A DNA stretch of 64,000 nt from an uncultured Spirochaetota bacterium (GTDB taxonomy: Bacteria; Spirochaetota; UBA4802; UBA5550). Positions within the stretch are counted from its first letter, which is position 1. The number at the start of each line of letters is the position of its first letter. Below the pieces are notes generated by a model. It was not told the DNA's origin. It saw only the letters and a list, made by a program, of their open reading frames with translations, and searched no databases. Of this stretch, positions 20,709 to 29,079 are shown in pieces. The DNA lies in contig CAWHAA010000005.1 in NCBI GenBank assembly GCA_963827275.1, forward strand, positions 576,001-640,000, given 5' to 3'. The position numbers and the translations under genes are program-made.

Positions 20709-22709
20709 ATGGGAATCGCTGAAGACATCATCATAATCCTTATCGCCGGCCTGATCGCCGCCCTGATCGCGCACAAACTGAAGCTCCCCCCGATGGTCGG
20801 CTACATTATCGCCGGCATCTTCATCGGGCCCTTCACCGGCGGCGTGACCGTGACCAATACCCACCAGATCGAGCTGCTGGCAGAAATCGGCGTGGCCCTG
20901 CTGCTCTTTTCCATCGGCCTGGACCTGTCATTCAAGGAGATTAAGGAGGTCAGGTCCGTCGCGCTGATCGGCACCGTCATTCAGCTCACCCTGTCGATCC
21001 TGTTCGGCTACGGCATCGGGGCTCTCTCCGGCCTGGACTGGGCGCCGTCCCTGCTCCTCGGCGGGATACTCTCCCTGTCAAGCACCATGATCGTGATAAA
21101 GACACTCATGAGCAGGGGGCTGATGGGGACCCTGTCAAGCAAGGTGATGATCGGCATGCTCATCGTCCAGGACCTCGCCGCGGTCCCCATGATGATCATG
21201 ATCCCCCGGATGAACGCGATGACTGAAAGCATGGCCGCGATAGGCCTCACCCTCCTCAAGGGGGCCATCGTCCTCGCGCTGATAATCATCATAGGGACGC
21301 GCCTGATCCCTTTCATATTAAAGCAGGTGTCGAAGCTCAACTCGAGCGAGCTGTTTTTACTGTCGGTGGCGGCCCTCGGGCTCGGCGTGGGGTATGCCAC
21401 CTACGTCGCCGGCCTCTCCTTCGCGCTGGGCGCGTTTGTCACCGGCATGGTCCTGAGCGAATCCGATTACAGCCACAAGGCGCTGAGCGATATAATACCA
21501 TTGCGTGATATTTTCGGTCTGCTGTTTTTCACCTCCATCGGCATGCTGATCGATCCCTCGTTTCTTATCAACAACCTGGCCACGGTGCTGGGACTCGCGG
21601 CCCTTATCATCATCGGAAAATTCACGATATTCGCGGCAGTCACCAGGGCATTCGGCTATATCAATGTCATCCCCCTGGCCGTCGGTCTCGGCCTGTCCCA
21701 GGTAGGAGAGTTTTCGTTTGTCCTCGCGCGCATCGGCGTCAGCCAGGGCATCATGACAAAGGAAACCTATTCCATTATCCTCACCGCCTCGGTCGCGACC
21801 ATGCTCCTGTCGCCGTTCCTGACCATGCTCACCACTCCGCTCTACTCGCTTAAAAACAGGTTTTTCCGGAATGAGAAGATCCAGACGATCAACTTCCCCG
21901 CGGAAGCGCTCCGCGGGCATGTGATCATCGCCGGCGGCGGGCGTGTCGGGCATATCACCGCCTCCATCCTGCATACCCTGGGGCACCCGTTTGTCATCAT
22001 CGAACAGGACTTCTATCAATTTGAAAAATCCAAACGGGACGGGTTCCCGATCATATACGGTGACGCGGTTCAGGAACCGGTCCTGACCGCGGCGCACCTT
22101 GCTACAGCACGTCTGCTGCTGATTACCATCCCTTCAATCATGGTGTCCCGGGAGATCATCGGCATCACCGCCAGGATGAATCCCACGATACGCGTCGTGG
22201 CAAGGGGAAATAATCTCGATGAAGTCAGGGAGCTGCACGCCATGAACGTGCACGAGGTCGTCCAGCCGGAATTCGAGGCCAGCCTCGAAATGATGCGGCA
22301 GGCCATGCTGCACCTTGACATTCCCGCGCCATCGATCCAGAAGTATACCGACGACATACGCCGCCTGAATTATTCGCCCCGGCCGGACGATTCCCGCCAG
22401 CTGCTCGATGACCTGAAACGGGCGCCCTACCTGCTCGAGATGGAATGGTTCAGCATCAAGCCGGACAGCCCCGCGGCGGGGAAATCGATCAGCGAGATGA
22501 AAATCCGGACCGCAACAGGCGCGACCGTCGTGGGCATCTACAGGAAAAACAAGCTGTATCCCAACCCCGATTTCAATTTTATCTTTCAGCCCCTTGACGT
22601 TGTGGGGATCATCGGACAATGCGAAAACAGGCAGCAATTCGAGGAGATGATAGATCCTGGCGCCCAGCATCACGCAAATACATGCGAACAACCCGGAGGT
22701 CCGGCATGA
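20709..22709 (+). CDS. CPA2 (Kef-type) cation:proton antiporter with TrkA-N and TrkA-C domains
   Basis: AEIGVALLLFSIGL, LSST, QD motif, GGGRVG RCK domain, C-terminal TrkA-C. Confidence 0.92.
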   Translation: MGIAEDIIIILIAGLIAALIAHKLKLPPMVGYIIAGIFIGPFTGGVTVTNTHQIELLAEIGVALLLFSIGLDLSFKEIKEVRSVALIGTVIQLTLSILFGYGIGALSGLDWAPSLLLGGILSLSSTMIVIKTLMSRGLMGTLSSKVMIGMLIVQDLAAVPMMIMIPRMNAMTESMAAIGLTLLKGAIVLALIIIIGTRLIPFILKQVSKLNSSELFLLSVAALGLGVGYATYVAGLSFALGAFVTGMVLSESDYSHKALSDIIPLRDIFGLLFFTSIGMLIDPSFLINNLATVLGLAALIIIGKFTIFAAVTRAFGYINVIPLAVGLGLSQVGEFSFVLARIGVSQGIMTKETYSIILTASVATMLLSPFLTMLTTPLYSLKNRFFRNEKIQTINFPAEALRGHVIIAGGGRVGHITASILHTLGHPFVIIEQDFYQFEKSKRDGFPIIYGDAVQEPVLTAAHLATARLLLITIPSIMVSREIIGITARMNPTIRVVARGNNLDEVRELHAMNVHEVVQPEFEASLEMMRQAMLHLDIPAPSIQKYTDDIRRLNYSPRPDDSRQLLDDLKRAPYLLEMEWFSIKPDSPAAGKSISEMKIRTATGATVVGIYRKNKLYPNPDFNFIFQPLDVVGIIGQCENRQQFEEMIDPGAQHHANTCEQPGGPA

Positions 22710-23182
22710 CACGGAGTAAAATGGGATTAATCATGGTTACGGTCATCGCTCTGCTGGCGAGTACCCACCAGAGCGCTTCATCGAAAAACAGGGTGGAGAT
22801 AGTACAGACGCTATACGTTCCGGTATATTCTTCCATCTATCACGGTGACAAGCAGCGCGAATTCAACCTCGCGGTAACGGTAAGCATCAGGAACACCGAC
22901 ATGAAGCGGCCTATCATCATAGACCGCGTGGACTATTACGACACTTCAGGGAAGATCATAAAACGCTACCTGGCCGCAAAACGCACGCTCGGCCCCCTTG
23001 AATCAGTACACTACGTGGTAAAAGAATCCGACGTGGCGGGCGGGATCGGAGCAAATTTTATTATCAGGTGGCGCTCGTCGGTACCGGTAAGCGAGCCGAT
23101 CATCGAATCAGTGATGATAGGCACCGGCGGGCAGCAGGGCATATCATTCACGTCTCGCGGGGTCATTATTAAGGAAAAATAG
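22706..23182 (+). CDS. DUF3124 family protein
   Basis: YVPVYSSIY, SIRNTD, YYDTSG, GGIGANFI, SFTSRG; ATGA overlap with the antiporter stop. Confidence 0.85.
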   Translation: MTRSKMGLIMVTVIALLASTHQSASSKNRVEIVQTLYVPVYSSIYHGDKQREFNLAVTVSIRNTDMKRPIIIDRVDYYDTSGKIIKRYLAAKRTLGPLESVHYVVKESDVAGGIGANFIIRWRSSVPVSEPIIESVMIGTGGQQGISFTSRGVIIKEK

Positions 23183-23211
23183 CGTGAGGACAACAGGCCA
23201 TCGCGCCGCCT

Positions 23212-23964
23212 TCACCTCCCGGCGCGCGCCGACGCCGCATCCCGCCCTTCAGCGTCAGACGGTCCGCCTTTTTTCTTATCCTTCCCTTTGTACATGATGA
23301 AAAGATAGTTGAACCCGCGCAGAAAAAAATTCTGCTCGATGGCCGCGGCGTGCCAGTTCCCCTTTTGCAATTTCGCATTATAACGCTTGACCGCGATGAT
23401 ATCGACCGGTTCGTAATATTCCTGCATGATCGAAAAAAGCCTGAATCCTATCGGGACGAAGGCCCTGCCCTTCTCGAACGAATCCGATACATACAGCGCC
23501 ATGTAACGCTCGGGTCTGAGGATCCGGTACGTTTCCCGTATCGCCTGCTTCATGGCGGTAAAATACTCTTCACCGCGGGCGGATAGCTCGCCGATGCATT
23601 CCGGCAGGCCGGAGTACCTGATATGGTCCGAATAGGGCGGATCGACGAACACAAAGTCAGCCTTCCCGTCCTCGAGGGGCAGTTTTCTCGCATCTGCCCG
23701 GAAGATGTCCTTTCGGACCGGCGCGAGGTCATAGCCGAGCGCGCGTCGTCCCAGCTCGCGGGCAACTTCCAGCGTGGTGCCGCTTCCGCACATGGGGTCC
23801 ACCACAAGGGCCTTCGGCTTTGTATACCGTTGCAGCAGGTTCCAGAGTATATAGGCCGGAGTGGCGCCCTGGTAGTCCTTGTGCGCCTCCATGGCCCTGC
23901 TGTACTGCTGGGAAGGGTAGTCCCAGAGTGTGGTCGTTTGCAATTTTAATGTTGGTTTTGTCAT
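23212..23964 (-). CDS. Orphan amino-methyltransferase (N6-A/N4-C DNA methylase-like)
   Basis: DPMCGSGTT SAM motif and DPPY catalytic motif; no adjacent endonuclease. Confidence 0.8.
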   Translation of the reverse strand: MTKPTLKLQTTTLWDYPSQQYSRAMEAHKDYQGATPAYILWNLLQRYTKPKALVVDPMCGSGTTLEVARELGRRALGYDLAPVRKDIFRADARKLPLEDGKADFVFVDPPYSDHIRYSGLPECIGELSARGEEYFTAMKQAIRETYRILRPERYMALYVSDSFEKGRAFVPIGFRLFSIMQEYYEPVDIIAVKRYNAKLQKGNWHAAAIEQNFFLRGFNYLFIMYKGKDKKKGGPSDAEGRDAASARAGR

Positions 23965-24033
23965 ACGGGGTGCCGCCTGTGGTTATCTGGAAAAAGTTAA
24001 GATCCAGCCGGGGTGGAAGTCAAGAAGAAAGCT

Positions 24034-24123
24034 GGTGTCAGAGTAAAAGGACGCATGATGTGTATAAATGAATCGTTATATTTAATAAATATATCAATAT
24101 TTTTTGGTTTGGGGTCAGAGTAA
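24034..24123 (+). repeat. Two motif-A copies
   Basis: GGTGTCAGAGTAA 24034-24046; GGGGTCAGAGTAA 24111-24123. Confidence 0.85.
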
Positions 24124-24156
24124 AATTAATCGAATAATATAATAATTCACCGTCTC

Positions 24157-24774
24157 CTAGTAGAAATAATTATGGATCGCATGCAAATGTCGGCAGTTCA
24201 CAACAATCTTTTCAACTTCTCGCTTGAATGACTCATCGTATTGTATAGCAATCTCAGGATTATCATGGGTTCGCATAAGATGACGAAGCAGATCCGGTTC
24301 ATGTATTAAAATACTGTAATAATACCAATCTCTTGAAAAAATTGCAGCATAAAGGATTTCATCATCATTAAGAATTTCCCGCGCCCCGCATGAAAACACC
24401 TTCCCCCGATAACTCAGAAAACATTCATGTCGAAAAACGTGGTGTGGGCCTTCCCGATTGAGGAGGCATCCAACAGAACGTCCTTCGTCAACAAAACCCA
24501 CAAAAGGGCATTGAGGACAATCATCGAACAGCGCCGGCAGTGTCAGAGTAAACCCAGCATCATCTTGAACATAATAGGAACCGGTCATATTACTTCGGGA
24601 TGCCACCATCTTTCTAATAAAGTATTTCTCATTATACTCATTTATGACACCAGAACGACGACCAAAAAGTGCTTTAATTTCTTTTAAACTGGCCTTATAA
24701 TTATGGCTGCCACAACACAGTGCACATGATGCGCCATAACCCGGCCTGCAGATGTTAATAATATTATCGTCCAT
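24157..24774 (-). CDS. Cys-rich hypothetical protein (possible metal/Fe-S binding)
   Basis: SCALCCG, CPQCPFVG, GCLL, FSC, DWYYY; AT-rich. Confidence 0.65.
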   Translation of the reverse strand: MDDNIINICRPGYGASCALCCGSHNYKASLKEIKALFGRRSGVINEYNEKYFIRKMVASRSNMTGSYYVQDDAGFTLTLPALFDDCPQCPFVGFVDEGRSVGCLLNREGPHHVFRHECFLSYRGKVFSCGAREILNDDEILYAAIFSRDWYYYSILIHEPDLLRHLMRTHDNPEIAIQYDESFKREVEKIVVNCRHLHAIHNYFY

Positions 24775-24788
24775 GTTTTTACATGTAT

Positions 24789-24801
24789 GGAGTCAGAGTA
24801 A
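24789..24801 (+). repeat. Motif-A copy downstream of RAYT
   Basis: GGAGTCAGAGTAA. Confidence 0.75.
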
Positions 24802-25011
24802 ACATTACAATAATAAAAAAGCCATCCATTATTGAATATCAATTTTTATTTAAAATGCACAGAACTGATTATTCAAAACAAGTAATAAACATTAGATACC
24901 ATAGCAGCAAAGTATTTAGGATGAGGATAAGAAGAAATGAAACGGCATATCCGCGAAATACAAGCAGTTTATGTATATATTGATCTCAGTATATAAACAG
25001 CTGTGAGTATT

Positions 25012-25611
25012 TCATAAAAATAGACTCTCTGGAAAAATTCGCTTCCTGTACATATTCTCCAAATCCAGCAAAACCCTTTTCCGTTCAGCAAAGATTTTTC
25101 CCAATTGAAGAAAACATTCATGCAAGGTAATTTTAACTGGAGAAATGTAATTATCACTCAAGTAACACAGGATACTACTATAAGGATAATTTCGAGGATC
25201 AACAACTATTTTACTTTTAACCGGATTATAGGCCAGATAAAAGAAAACCGCGAAAAAAGTTGCGACAGGATCATTTGCTAACTCAATTATATTATCTCTA
25301 AATCGTTCATTCCAGAACGGACCAATTCTGTTCATTATACGATTATATCGCCTGGCAAATTGCGCCTTGATATATTGCATAATCCTTGAAATAGTCTCCC
25401 CTTCATTGATTGTCCTGATAAGAAAATGAAAATGGTTATCCATTAACGTATAAAAAATAAGCTCAAATTTATATTTTTCAAGAGCCTTCCTTAATACTTG
25501 TAGCATTAAATCTTTCATTTCATCAGAGCTCATGAGATGTTTCCCCTCTATGCATCGAGACATTGTATGATAGGTTAATTCTGGCATACAAATTCTATTT
25601 TTCCGTGGCAT
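25012..25611 (-). mobile_element. REP-associated tyrosine transposase (RAYT / TnpA-REP, Y1 HUH)
   Basis: MPRKNR N-terminus, YHTMSRC, LMDNHFHFL (HUH), GPFWNERF, YLAYNPV (catalytic Tyr), YPYSS; SD AAGGAG. Confidence 0.9.
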
Positions 25612-25697
25612 GGCTTTGCCTTCTCCTTTACATAAATGGTGAATTCTTATAATCAATGTGTATACGAACGCTAACATTCTTATGTATAAGAAAAATT

Positions 25698-25937
25698 CGG
25701 GTCAGAGTAAAAAAAACAATCTTTGATCCATCTGTCAACATATGGGCCTGAGTAAATTATTCTAAGATAGTCACAATTATTACAAAATCATGCTAAATGT
25801 TAAGCACATGTAAAATAATCCCGAAATCAATCTCTATTAAATAAACCATATTGACAGTCGATTGGGTGATTACTATTTTAAATGATATTAATCATTTATA
25901 GAGTTTAATATCATTTAAAATATTGGGGTCAGAGTAA
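25698..25937 (+). repeat. Two motif-A copies in the RAYT/gatA divergent intergenic region
   Basis: CGGGTCAGAGTAA 25698-25710; GGGGTCAGAGTAA 25925-25937. Confidence 0.85.
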
Positions 25938-25952
25938 GATATTCATTGAGTT

Positions 25953-28844
25953 ATGATTGAATTAAACAGAAAAACATCCAAAGAAATCGTACAATTGGTC
26001 AACAAGCGAGCCATATCGTGTGAGGAATTGATCCGCCATTATCTATATATGATGGAAACGTATGATCCGCTCCTCGGTTGCTTTACATCGACACGCGACA
26101 CAGAGCAACTACTGATCCAGGCTCGTGAAAGCGACACCCGCAGAAGCCGGGGCGAGGAAAAAAGCCCGATTGATGGCATCCCCATAGCCATTAAGGACAA
26201 TATTCACTCGATGGGCATCCCTACTACCTGCGGATCGGCAATCCTTGAAGGATATCTTCCTCCTTACGATGCCACCACTGTGGCCAGATTGAAAGAACGA
26301 GGGGCTATAGTTATCGGTAAGACAAATCTTGACGAATTTGCCATGGGTTCAACATGCGAAAACTCCGCCATAAAAATAACCCGCAACCCCTGGGACACTG
26401 GCCGTGTACCGGGAGGCTCTTCAGGCGGATCAGCTGCCGCGGTATCGGCCGGTTTTGTGCCGTTTGCTCTGGGCAGTGACACCGGCGGCTCAATCCGCCA
26501 GCCAGCGGCATTTTGCGGCGTAACTGGCCTCAAGCCGACCTACGGTCTGGTCTCACGCTACGGGCTCGTCTCCTACGCATCGTCCCTGGACCAGATCGGG
26601 CCGTTGGCCCGCGACGCGTACGGCTGCGCCCTTCTCCTGAACGCAATAAGCGGGTTTGATCCCCATGACTCGACGTCGCTGCCAGGCCCCGCGGTCGACC
26701 ATTCAATGCACCTGTCAGCAGGCATTCAGGGGCTGCGGCTTGCGGTCATCCCGGAGCTTTTTACGGAAGGGATATCACCCCTGGTGCGCGAGCAATTCGA
26801 AGATTCGATACAACTGCTGGGCGGACTCGGGGCGATGATCGGGGAGGCCTCGATGCCGTCCCTTCATTATGCTATAGCAACATATTATTTTATCGCATGC
26901 GCCGAGGCAGCATCAAACCTTTCACGCTACGACGGCGTGAAATACGGATACCGGAGCGGGAGCCAGCGCGATTATCATGAGATGCTGTTCACCTCCCGCT
27001 CGCGCGGCCTTGGGCGCGAGGTTAAAAAGAGGATACTTCTCGGGAACTTCGTGCTTTCATCAGGCTATTACGACGAGTACTACTGTAAGGCGCTGAAGGT
27101 GCGTGCCTTTATACGGGAAGATATCATGAGGATTCTTGAGGCCTTCGATGCCATCGCCATTCCATCAACCCCTGACATCGCGTTTCCACTCGGCGAGAGC
27201 CAGAGCGACCCGATGAAAATTTACCTCTCGGACGTGACCACGGTTATCGCGAACCTTGCCGGGCTCCCCGCTCTTTCCGTGCCCGCGGGCATGGTTCATG
27301 GGATGCCGGTCGGGCTCCAGCTGATCGGGAGGCCCCTTGATGACGGCAGGCTCCTTGGTATCGCTGCGGCGTACGAGCGTGAGCGCACGACCTCGTTTTT
27401 TCCCCCGCTTGATGTGATGTCCGATACCCTGACCCGTACGGGCATGCTGGATACGCAAAAAAATAACGGCATTCCCGCGGAAAAGGCCGTATCGTCCTAC
27501 AGCCCGGAATTTATCGGCGGGATATCCCGTTCCTACATGGCCCGCTCAACAATGGCGCCGGTGCGCGTCCTCTGCAGCATGCTTGCACAGAGCATCAACC
27601 AGCGAGTCACCATCGCCGGATGGATCCACCGGAAAAAGAGCCTCGGCGGCATAGAATTCTACGAGCTCCGCGATAGGACCGGGTTTACCCAGCTCGTGCT
27701 CGAAGGCGGCAGGCTCGATGAAAGGATAAACCTGGAAACTGTAGTGGAAGTAACCGGGACCGCAACAAAGGAAGGCCGCAGTCCCTTTGATAACATCGAA
27801 ATAAAGGTGGAGTCAATTACTATCCTTGGGAGCGCTGATTCAAACCTGCCGTTGTCGCTAAACCGGCCCCTTACGAATGTGACCCTCCCGACAATACTGG
27901 ACAACCGCGTCATCTCGGTCCGGAACCCGGACATCCTCCGGGCCTTTCGCTTGCAGTCTGAGATCGTTCGGCTGTTTTCGGAATATCTCCGCGCGAATGA
28001 TTTTACCGAGATGAAGACCCCGAAGATCATAGCGTCCGGCACCGAGGGAGGCACCAACATCTTCAAGGTAAAATATTTCGGCCGCACCGCCTACCTCGCG
28101 CAGTCCCCGCAGTTCTACAAGCAGATAATGGTGGGAAGCGGCCTCGAGCGCGTATTTGAAGTCGGGCCGGTGTTCCGTGCCGAGCACCACGACACCGTGC
28201 GCCACCTGAACGAATACATCAGCATGGACTTCGAGATGGGGTTCATCACCGACGAGCAGGACATCATCGATATGCAGGAGGGGCTGCTCCGGCACATATT
28301 CGGCGGGCTGGCAGAGCTCCGGCCCGCATTCCTCGAGGCAGATGAGCCGCTGGCGTTCCCGGAGCGCATTCCCCGCGTCCATTACCTCGAGGCGCTCGAT
28401 ATCATCCGTTCCGCCGGCGGCCGCCTCGAGGAAGGCGATATCTCCCCCGAAGGGGAAAAAATACTGTGCAGCCATTTTGAAAGAACAGGCGGATCAGAGT
28501 TCGTATACGTGATCGGCTACCCGGTAAAAAAACGGCCAATGTACACCATGCCTGACGAGCGCGTGCCGGGTTACACGCGAAGCTTCGACCTGCTCTACCG
28601 CGGCATCGAGATAACTACCGGGGGCCAGAGGATCCATGACTACGACATGCTCAAAGACAATATGAAGATGCTCGGTTTCAATCCCGCGGAATTCCGCGAC
28701 TACCTGGAGACCTTCAGGTTCGGCATGCCGCCCCATGGCGGGCTCGGTATGGGGCTCGAACGCCTGACAATGAAGATTCTGAAACTGAAAAATATCCGTG
28801 AAGCTAGCCTATTCCCGAGGGATATCAACAGGATAACGCCGTAA
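25953..28844 (+). CDS. gatA: GatA amidase fused to archaeal-type non-discriminating aspartyl-tRNA synthetase (gatA::aspS)
   Basis: IKDNI, GGSSGGS, GSDTGGSIRQPA, SRYDG; then AGWIH, LRDRTG, LAQSPQFYKQ, FRAE, GGQRIH, GMPPHGGLGMGLERL in one 963-aa frame. Confidence 0.88.
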   Translation: MIELNRKTSKEIVQLVNKRAISCEELIRHYLYMMETYDPLLGCFTSTRDTEQLLIQARESDTRRSRGEEKSPIDGIPIAIKDNIHSMGIPTTCGSAILEGYLPPYDATTVARLKERGAIVIGKTNLDEFAMGSTCENSAIKITRNPWDTGRVPGGSSGGSAAAVSAGFVPFALGSDTGGSIRQPAAFCGVTGLKPTYGLVSRYGLVSYASSLDQIGPLARDAYGCALLLNAISGFDPHDSTSLPGPAVDHSMHLSAGIQGLRLAVIPELFTEGISPLVREQFEDSIQLLGGLGAMIGEASMPSLHYAIATYYFIACAEAASNLSRYDGVKYGYRSGSQRDYHEMLFTSRSRGLGREVKKRILLGNFVLSSGYYDEYYCKALKVRAFIREDIMRILEAFDAIAIPSTPDIAFPLGESQSDPMKIYLSDVTTVIANLAGLPALSVPAGMVHGMPVGLQLIGRPLDDGRLLGIAAAYERERTTSFFPPLDVMSDTLTRTGMLDTQKNNGIPAEKAVSSYSPEFIGGISRSYMARSTMAPVRVLCSMLAQSINQRVTIAGWIHRKKSLGGIEFYELRDRTGFTQLVLEGGRLDERINLETVVEVTGTATKEGRSPFDNIEIKVESITILGSADSNLPLSLNRPLTNVTLPTILDNRVISVRNPDILRAFRLQSEIVRLFSEYLRANDFTEMKTPKIIASGTEGGTNIFKVKYFGRTAYLAQSPQFYKQIMVGSGLERVFEVGPVFRAEHHDTVRHLNEYISMDFEMGFITDEQDIIDMQEGLLRHIFGGLAELRPAFLEADEPLAFPERIPRVHYLEALDIIRSAGGRLEEGDISPEGEKILCSHFERTGGSEFVYVIGYPVKKRPMYTMPDERVPGYTRSFDLLYRGIEITTGGQRIHDYDMLKDNMKMLGFNPAEFRDYLETFRFGMPPHGGLGMGLERLTMKILKLKNIREASLFPRDINRITP

Positions 28845-28856
28845 AATCAGATTGTT

Positions 28857-29074
28857 GGGGTCAGAGTAAAATCTATTTTTGGGTAATGGTGTCAGAGTAA
28901 CCGTGCTACCGATAACTATCGGTCATGTATGAAGGGGTCAGAGTAAAAGATAAAAAGATAAAGGGGTCAGAGTAAAAGATAATGATTAGAAAACAAATAA
29001 AGTCTACAAACATAAAAAATATGTCAGATATTTCCCGCTCCTGATATCTGGAGCCGGATAAGGGGTCAGAGTAA
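28857..29074 (+). repeat. Cluster of five motif-A and one motif-B copies between the gat genes
   Basis: A at 28857, 28888, 28934, 28963, 29062; B at 28909-28922. Confidence 0.92.
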
Positions 29075-29079
29075 CTACC

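Noticed and set aside
25012..25611. IS200/IS605 insertion sequence
   Set aside because: There is no tnpB and no subterminal hairpins were seen; the MPR start, FW-ERF, NPV and YSS motifs are RAYT-type rather than IS200 TnpA.
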